Below are positions 34,271 to 44,086 of a DNA stretch of 64,000 nt, piece by piece (position 1 is the first letter of the stretch; every line of letters starts with the position of its first letter). Under the pieces are notes generated by a model. It worked only from the letters and a program-made list of their open reading frames with translations, was not told the DNA's origin and did not search any database. The stretch lies in contig JAZLJP010000054.1 in NCBI GenBank assembly GCA_045617985.1, positions 3,330-67,329 on the forward strand, written 5' to 3'. The translations under genes and the position numbers were made by a program. This DNA comes from Kiritimatiellia bacterium (GTDB lineage: Bacteria > Verrucomicrobiota > Kiritimatiellia > RFP12 > UBA1067).

Positions 34271-35887
34271 ATGAATGAAATGAATTGTGGCGTTTGCGGA
34301 CGCAAGGATTTTATCTATGGGCTTCTGAGCGCGGCGGCCGTGGCCGGCTGCACGACGGGCAAGAAGGCGCCTGGCGACTTGGGCGCGTTCTTCGCGGCGA
34401 TTCCGGCGGAGACGCCGGCGAGCGCGATTCCCGATAAGGCGAATGCGCTCAAGGTGCGCCTCGTCTTCTCGATTTGGGACGACATCCAGGTGCGCAAGAC
34501 CTGGCCGAACGTAGGCTTCGATTTCCGCCCGGTGATGAAGAAGATCGCGGACGCGCTCAACGCCGGCGTGAAGGGGGTCAACTTCATTCCCGGCATGGCC
34601 TTCGATGCGAAGACCTCCGCCGCGATTCTCGCCGAGGACGAAAAGGCGGGCGACGTGAAGGGCTACCTCGTCATCCAGATGAACTCGTGGCCGGCGGCGC
34701 TCCCGGGCATCGTGAAGGCGGGCAAGCCCACGCTCTTCTGCAGCTTCCCGTACTCCGGCATCGGCGGCTGGGATGTGCAGAATGCGGCGATGATCCGCCG
34801 GAATACGAAGTACTATGCGTTCATGAGCTCGCTCGATTTCAAGGATACGATCGGCGCCGCGCAGGCGTTCGAGACGCTGAAGGCGGGTACGCCGGAAGAT
34901 TTCGTGGCGGCCGCGACGAAGTATCGTCTCGACCACACCCCCGCGCCGAGCGGCAAGAAGCCGTGCGAAGGCCCGATCGAGTGCCTCACGCCCGAGGAGA
35001 CGCTCGCTGCGGTGAAGGGCAAGAAGATCCTCTCCGTCGAGCATTGCGATGCGAAGACGAAGGCGCGGGTTCTCCGTGACTTCGGCATCGTCATTGAAGA
35101 CGTGAAGTTCGACGAACTCAACGCCGCCTGGGAGAAGATCCCGAACGACATCGCCAAGGCGAAGGTGGCGGAATGGAAGCGCACGGCCGTCGCGATCAAG
35201 GACGTCTCCACGGCCACGCTCCTCGGCTCGGCGAAGATGTTCTACGCGATGCAGAACGTATTGAAGGCGCACAACGCCGTGGCGATTTCGGTCAACTGCC
35301 TGGGCGGCTGCTACACCGGGAAACTCCAGGCCTATCCGTGCCTCGGGTTCATGGAACTCCAGGACCTCGGCCTCTGCGGCACGTGCGAGAACGACATCCG
35401 CTCGACGGTGGCGATGGTCGTGTTCAACGCGATGACGAAGGGCCGTATGGGCTACATCTCCGATCCGGCGGTCGATTCCTCGCGCCGCGCGGTGGTGTTC
35501 GCCCACTGCGTTTCCACGCGCAAGTTCTTCGGTCCGCAAGGGCCCGCGGCCGACTATCAGATCCTCACCCACTCCGAAGACCGCGAGGGCGCTTCGGTGC
35601 AGGCGTTCGCGCCGGAGAACTATCCGGTGACGACGGTGCAGTTCCATTTCTTCGGCGCCGGCGAGAAGGGGTGCCTCCTCGTGCAGACGGGCCGCGTCAT
35701 CGGCAACGACCTCGACGACCGCGCCTGCCGCACGAAGATCGTGGCGGAAATCCCGGGCGACTTCGAACGCGCCTACAAGCTCTGGGACCTTTGGGGCTGG
35801 CACCGCGTCACGTTCATCGGCGACTTCCGCAAGAGCGTTGAAGCCCTTGGCAAGAAGATCGGCTACCGCCTGATCTACGAGGACTGA
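34271..35887 (+). CDS. hypothetical lipoprotein (unassigned)
   Basis: 538 aa. Lipobox-like LSAAAVAGC after MNEMNCGVCGRKDFIYGL. Cys-rich core (VNCLGGCYTGKLQAYPCLGF...LCGTCENDIRS). A resemblance to FucI/AraA-type isomerase cores is only a guess. Confidence 0.6.
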   Translation: MNEMNCGVCGRKDFIYGLLSAAAVAGCTTGKKAPGDLGAFFAAIPAETPASAIPDKANALKVRLVFSIWDDIQVRKTWPNVGFDFRPVMKKIADALNAGVKGVNFIPGMAFDAKTSAAILAEDEKAGDVKGYLVIQMNSWPAALPGIVKAGKPTLFCSFPYSGIGGWDVQNAAMIRRNTKYYAFMSSLDFKDTIGAAQAFETLKAGTPEDFVAAATKYRLDHTPAPSGKKPCEGPIECLTPEETLAAVKGKKILSVEHCDAKTKARVLRDFGIVIEDVKFDELNAAWEKIPNDIAKAKVAEWKRTAVAIKDVSTATLLGSAKMFYAMQNVLKAHNAVAISVNCLGGCYTGKLQAYPCLGFMELQDLGLCGTCENDIRSTVAMVVFNAMTKGRMGYISDPAVDSSRRAVVFAHCVSTRKFFGPQGPAADYQILTHSEDREGASVQAFAPENYPVTTVQFHFFGAGEKGCLLVQTGRVIGNDLDDRACRTKIVAEIPGDFERAYKLWDLWGWHRVTFIGDFRKSVEALGKKIGYRLIYED

Positions 35888-35892
35888 ATGAA

Positions 35893-37794
35893 ATGAAGAG
35901 TCGTGTTGTGATGTTGGGCGCGGTGTGCGCGATGGGGCTGGCGCTCGCCGCCGAGACGGCGAAGATCTACAAGGTGTCGGCCGGCGACGATCTCGATGCC
36001 GCAGTTGCGCGCATCCGCGCCGAGCGGGCGGGGGCGAAAACGCCTTGCGTGCTTGAACTCGGCGCGGGCGTCTATCGTTTGTCCCGCACGCTCGAGCTCG
36101 ATGCGCGCGACGAGGGGCTGACCCTCCGTTCCGCAGCGGGCGAGCGCGCGGTGCTGGACGGCGGCGAGCGCGTGACCGGCTTCAAGCCGTTCCGCGACGG
36201 CCTCTTCGTGGCCGACGTTGCGCGCCTCGCGTTTGTACGCGAGCCGTTCGCGCCTTATGGCGGCATCGGTTTGATGAACGACCGCAATCTCATCATCGAC
36301 CTCTACCGCGACGGTGCGCCGCTCGTCGTTGCGCGCGAACCGGACAAGGGCTTCTTCAAGACGGGCAAGGTGTGGAACAACACGAAATTCATCTTCGAGA
36401 GCCCCGACCTCGAAAAACTCGGCATTCGCGGCGAGCGGGGGCTCTTCGCCACCGGCTACTGGCGCTGGATTTGGGCGGACGCCTCATTCACGCTGACGGC
36501 GGTCGATGGCACGCCCTCGCCCCGTTGGCAGCTTGACGCCGGGAGCGCGATGACGGGGGCGTATTCCTATCGCAATCTCCAGCCGAACATGCCGTTCTTC
36601 GTGTGCAATTCGCTCAAGTGCCTCAACCGCGATTGCGAATGGGTGCTTGATCGCGAAAATGCGAAGGTGTACGTGAAGGGGCGGCCTGAGGCCGAGTACG
36701 TGCTCACGGCGGTGGCTGGGCCGCTTCTGCGCGTGAAGGGCGCTTCCGGCGTGTGCGTGGAAGCTCTCCATTTCCGCTACGGGCGCGGCAATGGCGTGGA
36801 AGCGCAGAACTGCCGCGGTTTCGTTTTCCGCGACAACGTGGTCGAGAACTTCGGCGGTACGGGTATCGTCTGTTCCGGGGGCAAGGACTGTACGCTCGAA
36901 GGCAATTTTCTTCGTACCTTCGGCTACAAGGCCGCGGTCCTGAACGGCGGCAGCCGTGCAACGCTTACGCCGAGCGGGTGCGTGTTCGCGGATAACGATG
37001 TCACCGACACCGGGCGCTCCCGCCGCACCTATTCCCATGGCGTTGCCATCGGCGGCTGCGGCGTAAAGGTGGTGCGCAACTCGTTCCACGATTTGCCCTC
37101 GAGCTCCATTTCCATGGGCGGCAACGACCATTTGATCGCTTCCAACGTCACCGTGCGCGTGGTGCTGGAAAGCGACGACCAGGGCGGCATCGATACGTTC
37201 GGCAGTCCATTCTACCAGGGCAACCGCGTCATCCACAATGTCTGGCGGGATATCGGATGCGTGTCGTCCGGTTTCGCAACCGACTTCGGCAAGGCCGGGG
37301 TGCGCCTTGACGACCAGATCAGCGGCTTCTATATCTACGGCAACCGCTTCGACAACTGTTCGCGCGGGCGCTTCGGCGGCGTGCAGATCCATGGCGGACG
37401 CGACAACGACGTCGTCAACAATGTCTTCACCCGCTGCAAGTGGGCGGTGTCGTTTTCGCCCTGGCCCATGAACCGCTGGCACCAGTTCTGGTATCCGAAA
37501 TGCAAGCATCCGGAATCCGTCAACGTGTTTTCGGATGCTTGGAAGAAACGCTACGGCGATCTCATGCGCCTCAAGGACATGCCGAACGTCAATCGCGTCA
37601 CCCGCAATGTCGTGATTGGGGCGGAGGCGTTGACGAACGGGCGCTGCCCCGACGAGGCGATTCTCAAGGGCAACATCGAACTTCCGGCCGGCACGGCGGT
37701 GGACGATTTGAAACTCCCCGGTTTCGACCCCTTGCCGCCCGAATCCGCTCTCGGCCCCGACCGCAAACGTTTCGCGCCACGTCTGTCGCATTGA
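35893..37794 (+). CDS. right-handed parallel beta-helix repeat protein (lyase/hydrolase fold)
   Basis: 633 aa with a signal peptide. PbH1-like repeats (NCRGFVFRDNVVENFGGTGIVCSGGKDCTLEGNF; VFADNDVTDTG; VVRNSFHDL). Confidence 0.7.
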   Translation: MKSRVVMLGAVCAMGLALAAETAKIYKVSAGDDLDAAVARIRAERAGAKTPCVLELGAGVYRLSRTLELDARDEGLTLRSAAGERAVLDGGERVTGFKPFRDGLFVADVARLAFVREPFAPYGGIGLMNDRNLIIDLYRDGAPLVVAREPDKGFFKTGKVWNNTKFIFESPDLEKLGIRGERGLFATGYWRWIWADASFTLTAVDGTPSPRWQLDAGSAMTGAYSYRNLQPNMPFFVCNSLKCLNRDCEWVLDRENAKVYVKGRPEAEYVLTAVAGPLLRVKGASGVCVEALHFRYGRGNGVEAQNCRGFVFRDNVVENFGGTGIVCSGGKDCTLEGNFLRTFGYKAAVLNGGSRATLTPSGCVFADNDVTDTGRSRRTYSHGVAIGGCGVKVVRNSFHDLPSSSISMGGNDHLIASNVTVRVVLESDDQGGIDTFGSPFYQGNRVIHNVWRDIGCVSSGFATDFGKAGVRLDDQISGFYIYGNRFDNCSRGRFGGVQIHGGRDNDVVNNVFTRCKWAVSFSPWPMNRWHQFWYPKCKHPESVNVFSDAWKKRYGDLMRLKDMPNVNRVTRNVVIGAEALTNGRCPDEAILKGNIELPAGTAVDDLKLPGFDPLPPESALGPDRKRFAPRLSH

Positions 37795-37840
37795 GTGCCG
37801 TCAACATTGCCTTTGTACGAAATTCCGGGTGTGAGAGGGT

Positions 37841-37869
37841 TTGCCAATGTCTCGTAGATTTGGTAAAAT
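37841..37869 (+). promoter_or_regulatory. promoter of the GH2-pyrH-truA unit
   Basis: TTGCCA, N17, TGGTAAAAT. The ATG is at 37900. Confidence 0.55.
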
Positions 37870-37899
37870 ACCTCCATCCATGTTAAACAAGGAACTGCC

Positions 37900-40212
37900 A
37901 TGAAGAAATCGATGTTTGCGTTTGCGGTGCTATCCGCAATTGCCTGTGTCGCGTACACGCAGGCGCCGGTGGGGCTGAAGACGCCCTGGGGCGAGAAGGT
38001 GACGCCGGAAAACGCCTGGCGCAACTATCCGCGGCCGCAGATGGAGCGCAAGAACTGGACCAATCTCAACGGTTTGTGGAAGTATGCAGTGGTCAAACAG
38101 GACGAATTCACCCGCGATGCGCCGATGTGGCCGACGGCGTGGGACGGCGACATCCTGGTGCCGTTCGTCATCGAGAGTTCGCTTTCGGGCGTCGGGCGCA
38201 AGCTCGAGCCGAACGAGACCCTCTGGTACAAGCGCACTTTCGATGCGGCGCCGCGTGCGGGCGAGCGCATTCTCCTCCACTTCGAACAGGCCGATTTCCG
38301 TACCCAGGTGTTCGTGAACGGTGTCGAAGTCGGCGTTCCCCACGAGGGCGGGCAGATCCCGTTCACCTTTGACGTCACCGACTACGCGAAGGCCGGCGTG
38401 AACGAACTGCTCGTCGCGATCTGGGATCCCACCACCGACTTCATCGGTTCCACCGGCAAACAAGTGTTCCGTCCCGGTGGCTGCATGTACACGCGTTCCA
38501 GCGGCATCGGCGGCACCGTGTGGCTGGAAACCGTTCCTGCCACCCATATCGCCGACTACAAGGTGGTGACGGACATCGATGCGGGTACCGTGCGCCTTGA
38601 ATTCAAGGTCGAGAGCCCCAAGTTCACGATTCCCGAAGTCGAGGTGAACGTGGCGGGGCAGAAAGTGGTTTCGCAGGACGGCGTCGCCCTCGTCAAGATG
38701 CCTGCGGGCTTCAAGCTGTGGAGTCCGGAATCGCCCAACCTCTACGACTTCACGGCTTCCTGCGCCGGCGATCAGGTGAAGGGCTATTTCGGCATGCGCA
38801 AGTTCGAGGTCAAGAAGGACCCGAATGGCGTGCTCCGCTTCTACTTCAACAACCAGGCGCGCTTCATCATCGCCACGTTGGACCAGGGGTGGTGGCCGGA
38901 CGGTCTCCTGACGCCGCCCTCGGAGGAGGCGATGGCGTTTGACATCAACGCGCTCAAGCAGATGGGCTATGACGCGATGCGCAAGCACATCAAGGTCGAA
39001 CCCCGCCGCTACTACTACCTCTGCGACAAGCTCGGCATGATCGTGCTCCAGGATATGCCCAGCGGCGCCGGCGACCGCGTGAAGCGCTATGGCTTCTATC
39101 GTCAGGAACTCAAGCAGATGATGGATCTGCTTCAGGCCGTGCCCTCGATCATCATGTGGATTCCCTACAACGAAGGGTGGGGCCAGCCCGGTCGCATGCT
39201 CACCCACAATACGCTGATGTGGACTCAGCGCTACGACCCCACCCGCTTGGTCAACGGTCCTTCGGGCGCGCATGACTGGGAAGGCGGTGACCTGTGGTTC
39301 CGCAACGGCGGCCGCACCAGGCATCTGCCGGCGGGCGTCGAAGAGGCCGCGCACGCCGTCGACCGCCACGACTACGCGCACCGTCCAGGCATGTTCGAGC
39401 TCAACGACCGCCGCGCGAGCTTCCTCGGCGAATTCGGCGGCATCGGCTGCCGCATCCCGGGCCACCTCTGGACTGAAAAGGCCTGGGGCTACAACAACAC
39501 CGGCAACCTCAGCCGCAAGGAAACCGAGGATCGCTTCATCTCGCTCATGGACCATGTGGCGGACCTTGCCGAGCGTGGCCTTGCGGGTAGCGTCTACACG
39601 CAGACTACCGACGTCGAGGCGGAAATCAACGGACTCCTGACCTACGACCGCAAGGTGATGAAGTTCAACCCGCAGGCGCTCGCCGCCGTGCATGAACGCG
39701 TGCGTCAGGCCGCTGCCCGGGGGCTTGTTCCGCATGTCTCGAAGCAGGTGTTCCCGCGTCTCGATCCGAATCCCCAGGCCTGGGCCTACACTTTCACCGC
39801 GCCCGCCGCCGGCTGGGAACGGCTCGGTTTCGACGATTCCGCATGGAAGCGTTCCGCCGGCGGATTCGGCAATGCCCAAATCAAGGTCGACCACCCCGCC
39901 GCCAAGGTCGCCACGGATTGGAGCACCGAGTCGATTTGGGTGCGCCGCCACTTCAACTATACCGCTCCGACTCAGCAGCTGCTTCGCGGAGTGGTCGAGA
40001 TGTTCCATGACGAGGACGCCGAGGTCTATCTCAACGGACAGCTCATCGTTTCCGCCAAGAACTACTCCACTGGCTGGGTGCCGTTCAAAGTGGCGGCCGG
40101 TAAGTTCAAGGCCGCCGTCAAGGAAGGTGACAACGTCATCGCCGTCAAGGTGGTCCAGAAGGTCGGCGGACAGTATTTCGACCTTGGTCTCTCGGTGGAA
40201 GTCGCGAAGTGA
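37900..40212 (+). CDS. GH2-family glycosidase
   Basis: 770 aa with a signal peptide. GH2 sugar-binding N-domain (NYPRPQMERKNWTNLNGLWKY; LHFEQADFRTQVFVNGVEVG). TIM-barrel acid/base-type motif IMWIPYNEGWGQ. Extra C-terminal beta-sandwich. Confidence 0.8.
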   Translation: MKKSMFAFAVLSAIACVAYTQAPVGLKTPWGEKVTPENAWRNYPRPQMERKNWTNLNGLWKYAVVKQDEFTRDAPMWPTAWDGDILVPFVIESSLSGVGRKLEPNETLWYKRTFDAAPRAGERILLHFEQADFRTQVFVNGVEVGVPHEGGQIPFTFDVTDYAKAGVNELLVAIWDPTTDFIGSTGKQVFRPGGCMYTRSSGIGGTVWLETVPATHIADYKVVTDIDAGTVRLEFKVESPKFTIPEVEVNVAGQKVVSQDGVALVKMPAGFKLWSPESPNLYDFTASCAGDQVKGYFGMRKFEVKKDPNGVLRFYFNNQARFIIATLDQGWWPDGLLTPPSEEAMAFDINALKQMGYDAMRKHIKVEPRRYYYLCDKLGMIVLQDMPSGAGDRVKRYGFYRQELKQMMDLLQAVPSIIMWIPYNEGWGQPGRMLTHNTLMWTQRYDPTRLVNGPSGAHDWEGGDLWFRNGGRTRHLPAGVEEAAHAVDRHDYAHRPGMFELNDRRASFLGEFGGIGCRIPGHLWTEKAWGYNNTGNLSRKETEDRFISLMDHVADLAERGLAGSVYTQTTDVEAEINGLLTYDRKVMKFNPQALAAVHERVRQAAARGLVPHVSKQVFPRLDPNPQAWAYTFTAPAAGWERLGFDDSAWKRSAGGFGNAQIKVDHPAAKVATDWSTESIWVRRHFNYTAPTQQLLRGVVEMFHDEDAEVYLNGQLIVSAKNYSTGWVPFKVAAGKFKAAVKEGDNVIAVKVVQKVGGQYFDLGLSVEVAK

Positions 40213-40220
40213 GGCGTGCC

Positions 40221-40955
40221 ATGGCAGCTAAGAAGAAGACTCCCGTTCTGAAATTCAAACGCATCCTCCTCAAGCTTTCGGGCGAGGTGCTGAAGGACCC
40301 CGAAACGGGCGACGCGATCGACCCCGCGCGCCTCGCCTTCATGGCCGAGCGCGTGAAGAAGATCCGGAAGCTCGGCGTGGAAGTGGGGCTCGTTCTCGGC
40401 GGTGGCAACATCTTCCGCGGGCTCTCGGGCGCGCAGAAGGGCGTCAACCGCGTGGTGGGCGATTCGATGGGCATGCTCGCGACGATCATCAATGGCCTCG
40501 CCATGATGAATGCGCTCGAGGCGATCGGCGTGAAGGCCACCGTGATGACGGCGGTCGATATGCCGAAGCTCGCCGAGCCCTACACCCATCGTGAAGCGAT
40601 GCGCCACCTCGCCGAAGGGCAGGTGTGCATTTTCGCGGGCGGTACGGGCAACCCGTTCTTCTCCACCGATTCCGCCGCCGCCCTGCGCGCGAGCGAGATC
40701 GGGGCGGATGCGGTTTTGAAGGCCACGAAGGTGGATGGCATCTACACGGCCGATCCGATGAAGGATCCCAAGGCGAAGAAGTACACCACGCTCTCCTACA
40801 CGATGGCGCTGGAGAAGCGCCTGAAGGTGATGGATTCGGCGGCATTTGCGCTTTGCATGGATAACAACATTCCGATCGTCGTGTTCGATTTCTTCGATGG
40901 CAACGCGCTCGAACGCGTGGTGAAGGGCGAAGCGGTGGGAACGCTCGTTTCCTGA
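40221..40955 (+). CDS. pyrH: UMP kinase
   Basis: FKRILLKLSGEVL, GGGNIFRG and FAGGTGNPFFSTDSAAALRA are canonical PyrH motifs. Confidence 0.9.
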   Translation: MAAKKKTPVLKFKRILLKLSGEVLKDPETGDAIDPARLAFMAERVKKIRKLGVEVGLVLGGGNIFRGLSGAQKGVNRVVGDSMGMLATIINGLAMMNALEAIGVKATVMTAVDMPKLAEPYTHREAMRHLAEGQVCIFAGGTGNPFFSTDSAAALRASEIGADAVLKATKVDGIYTADPMKDPKAKKYTTLSYTMALEKRLKVMDSAAFALCMDNNIPIVVFDFFDGNALERVVKGEAVGTLVS

Positions 40956-40956
40956 C

Positions 40957-41706
40957 ATGGCTTCGCGGCGCTACAAGATCGTGCTCGCTTACGACGGCAC
41001 CGCCTATGCGGGCTACCAGTGTCAGGATAACGGTGTCACCGTGCAGCAGCGTCTCGAAGAGGCGCTTGCGCTCGTGAACCGTGCGCCCGTGCGGGCGTAT
41101 GGTTCAAGCCGCACGGATGCGGGCGTGCATGCGAAGGGGTTTGTGGCGCATTTCGATCTTGATGTTCCCATTCCGCCCGCGAACCTCGTGCGGGCGATGA
41201 ATACGCGCCTGCCGCCCGACATCCGCGTGATGAAGGCGGCCTTTGCGCGGCCCGATTTCGATGCGCGCAAGGATGCGAAGGGCAAGGAATATCGCTACTT
41301 CGTGTACAATGCGTCCATCCTGCCGCCGCATCTCGCGCCGTACTGGACGTTCTGCCATCGCCCGCTCGACGTGGAGGCGATGCAGGCGGCGGCGGCACGG
41401 CTCGTGGGGCGGCATGATTTTGTTTCGTTTGCGGCCAATCCCCATCGCGACCTCGAAACGACGGTGCGGAACATCTTTACTTTCACGGTGAAGAAGACGG
41501 GGCCGCGCGTGGTGTTCAGCGTGACGGGCGACGGCTTTCTCTACAAGCAGGTGCGCTCGATGGTGGGGTTTCTCCTGAGCGTTGGCAAGGGCGGCGAGAA
41601 ACCCGAGGCGGTGACCGAGCTTTTGGAGGCGGCCGCTCCGCGAACGGCCCGGGTGCAGACGGCGCCCGGAAAGGGGCTTTTCCTCTGGCGGGTGTGGTAT
41701 CGCTAG
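40957..41706 (+). CDS. truA: tRNA pseudouridine(38-40) synthase
   Basis: RYKIVLAYDGTAYAGYQ, the catalytic GSSRTDAGVHA and GRHDF motifs. Confidence 0.9.
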   Translation: MASRRYKIVLAYDGTAYAGYQCQDNGVTVQQRLEEALALVNRAPVRAYGSSRTDAGVHAKGFVAHFDLDVPIPPANLVRAMNTRLPPDIRVMKAAFARPDFDARKDAKGKEYRYFVYNASILPPHLAPYWTFCHRPLDVEAMQAAAARLVGRHDFVSFAANPHRDLETTVRNIFTFTVKKTGPRVVFSVTGDGFLYKQVRSMVGFLLSVGKGGEKPEAVTELLEAAAPRTARVQTAPGKGLFLWRVWYR

Positions 41707-41713
41707 GATGAGG

Positions 41714-41722
41714 TGGTAGAAT
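41714..41722 (+). promoter_or_regulatory. extended -10 promoter upstream of the OM barrel gene
   Basis: TGGTAGAAT, followed by a CAGGAG Shine-Dalgarno sequence and the ATG at 41757. Confidence 0.45.
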
Positions 41723-41756
41723 ACAATTGCACGTTGGCAAATTCAGGAGTTACGAA

Positions 41757-43292
41757 ATGTTTTGCAATCGACGGTTTCTCGAAAAGAATACACGGAAGAT
41801 CGGTTGTTCTCTCGCCGTCTTCGGCCTTTCATGTTGCGCTTGGGCGGCGCAGCCCGCCTCGGACGTTCCGCTTGCGACGTCTCAGGGGAACGAGAGGCCG
41901 CCGGCACAGGTTAAGGTGCCGGAGGCGAATGATACGCAACTTCGGGCCGATGCGGGGGGCGATTTCCGGTTGCGCCAGGAAATCATGCACAACGTGCCGG
42001 GGCTTCCGGGCGCGCCCGGGGCGATGATGCCGCTTTCCTACAAGGAGGCGCAGAACCATATCCGCTATCGTGCGCGCGCGTGGGGGCGCTTGGATTATGA
42101 GAACTTTACGCTCTACGGCCGCCTGGTCGATGAAATGCGCGAGTATGTGGTGAAGAACGGCAAGAAGCGGAAGGACCGCAACTACAATTTCCCTGACGAG
42201 GTGGTGCTCGACAATCTCTATCTCGAAGGACGCGGCCTCTACGACGATTTCCTCGACATCCGAATCGGTCGGCAAGACCTTTTCGACGGCCGCCACTCCG
42301 TGTTCGGCCTTGACCGGATCATGCTCGACGGTGCGCCCTATGTGGGCTCGCGTTCGTGCTATGCCGATATGGCGCGCTTCACGTTCCACACAACGGAAAC
42401 CTCGAAGCTCGATGCGTTTGCCCTTTACGACAACGGCCGCAACAATCTCCGCTACGGTTCGCGCCACTCGCGCGGCCGGCCGATGAACGCGATCCATCCG
42501 GGCGACAACCCGAAGATGGACGAATGGGGCGGCGGCCTCGTGTGGAACGACGAACTCTTCGAGGGAACGCTTCCCTACCAGCTCTATTCCATTCATAAGC
42601 ACACGGAAAAATACACCTCCGCGCTTGGCGAGAAGATGCCCGATAAGCAGGTGACCACGTTCGGCGTGCACGTGATGCCGGAGCTCACCGAGAACGTCTC
42701 GTTCGATCTCGATGCCGCCAAGCAGTTCGGCACGCGCTCGAACGGTACGCAGGCCGGTGGCTGGATGGGGTATGCGGCGATCGACTTCCACAAGGCGGAG
42801 ACCTATCGGGGAATTCGCCCCTACACGCGCCTTTCCGCCTATTACCTTTCAGGTGACCGCCGGCGTACGGGCGCGCACGACAACGATACGGCGTGGGATC
42901 CGATGTGGGCGCGCTCGCCGTGCGATTCCGAGATGATGCAGTATGGTACGCTCTACGGCCTCGGGTATTGGAGCAACATGCTCTACACGAAGGCGACGCT
43001 CGGGGCGGAGTTCGGCCCGCACCACAGCCTCGCGTTCTATACGGGGCCGATGTGGGCCGCCGTGCAGGATCGCGCGGGCCATGCCGACGGGGCGGGCGAG
43101 AGCATGTTCAAGGGCGTTCTCTCGTCGCTGCGGTACGACTTCCCGATTCTGCTTCGGCCGAAGGACGCGACGGGGCTGAAGCGTTTCGAGGTGTTTGGCC
43201 ACGTGGTGGGTGAAGTGTTCAATCCGGGCGACTACTACGATTCGTCGCGCCCGGCGTATTTCATCCGCTGGGAATTCACCATTCGCTTCTAA
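41757..43292 (+). CDS. putative outer-membrane beta-barrel protein (alginate-export/porin-like)
   Basis: CAGGAG Shine-Dalgarno sequence 7 nt before the ATG at 41757. Signal-like CSLAVFGLSCCAWAAQP. Alternating aromatic/polar strands. C-terminal ...IRWEFTIRF ends in Phe. The TTG-41727 start lies only about 4 nt downstream of the predicted -10. Confidence 0.55.
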   Translation: MFCNRRFLEKNTRKIGCSLAVFGLSCCAWAAQPASDVPLATSQGNERPPAQVKVPEANDTQLRADAGGDFRLRQEIMHNVPGLPGAPGAMMPLSYKEAQNHIRYRARAWGRLDYENFTLYGRLVDEMREYVVKNGKKRKDRNYNFPDEVVLDNLYLEGRGLYDDFLDIRIGRQDLFDGRHSVFGLDRIMLDGAPYVGSRSCYADMARFTFHTTETSKLDAFALYDNGRNNLRYGSRHSRGRPMNAIHPGDNPKMDEWGGGLVWNDELFEGTLPYQLYSIHKHTEKYTSALGEKMPDKQVTTFGVHVMPELTENVSFDLDAAKQFGTRSNGTQAGGWMGYAAIDFHKAETYRGIRPYTRLSAYYLSGDRRRTGAHDNDTAWDPMWARSPCDSEMMQYGTLYGLGYWSNMLYTKATLGAEFGPHHSLAFYTGPMWAAVQDRAGHADGAGESMFKGVLSSLRYDFPILLRPKDATGLKRFEVFGHVVGEVFNPGDYYDSSRPAYFIRWEFTIRF

Positions 43293-43300
43293 AGGAGGGT

Positions 43301-44080
43301 ATGAAGGTCTTCGTGGTCAACCTGGCCCGCTCGAAGGACCGTCTTGCGCGCGTCACGGCGCGCCTTGCGGCCTTGGGGGTGGATTGGGAACGCTTCGAAG
43401 CCGTTGACGATGCCGGCCTTTCGCCGGCGGCGCGCGCGCGGGCGTGGAGCGCGTTCGGCTGGTGGTGTTGTACGCTCGTTGCGCCCGTAAGGGGGCAGAT
43501 CGGATGTGCCCTCAGCCATCAGGGCGTCTATCGGAAGATGCTCGCGGAAAACCTGAACGCGGCGTGTGTGCTTGAAGATGACGTGATTCTCGACGACCGT
43601 TTTCCCGCCGTTCTCGCGGGCGTGGAAGCCCGGCTCGATCCCGTGCGCGCCCAGGTCATTCTCCTGAGCGACCATGACAGGGGGCCGTGCACGGAGGCGG
43701 CCGAGGTCACGCTTGAGCCGGCGATTTGGGATTGGTGCGCGGAAGGGTATGTGCTCACGCTTCCCGCCGCGCGGGCGCTTCTCAGGGACAATGCGCCCCT
43801 CAGGGTGATGAACGACATGTGGGAGCGCTGGGTGAATCAGGGCGTGATCGCGCTCTATCACGCGCGGCCGACGGTCTGTTCGCAGCGGTCCTACGACCAT
43901 CCCGAGGAAAGCGAAATCGTGCGGGCGTTCCACATTGCCGATCGTCCGTTCGGCGAACGCATGGTGTGGAAGCTGAAGCGGGCGGTGGGAATCGCCCTTG
44001 ATGCGCTCAGTTCGCCGCGGCGCTTTCGCGGGCGGGTGGTGCAGATCGTGCGGCGCCTTCACGTGATGCGGGGAGGGTGA
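43301..44080 (+). CDS. GT25-family glycosyltransferase (LOS/LPS biosynthesis type)
   Basis: MKVFVVNLARSKDRL...GCALSH...VLEDDV layout typical of GT25. Confidence 0.8.
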   Translation: MKVFVVNLARSKDRLARVTARLAALGVDWERFEAVDDAGLSPAARARAWSAFGWWCCTLVAPVRGQIGCALSHQGVYRKMLAENLNAACVLEDDVILDDRFPAVLAGVEARLDPVRAQVILLSDHDRGPCTEAAEVTLEPAIWDWCAEGYVLTLPAARALLRDNAPLRVMNDMWERWVNQGVIALYHARPTVCSQRSYDHPEESEIVRAFHIADRPFGERMVWKLKRAVGIALDALSSPRRFRGRVVQIVRRLHVMRGG

Positions 44081-44086
44081 TCGGCC

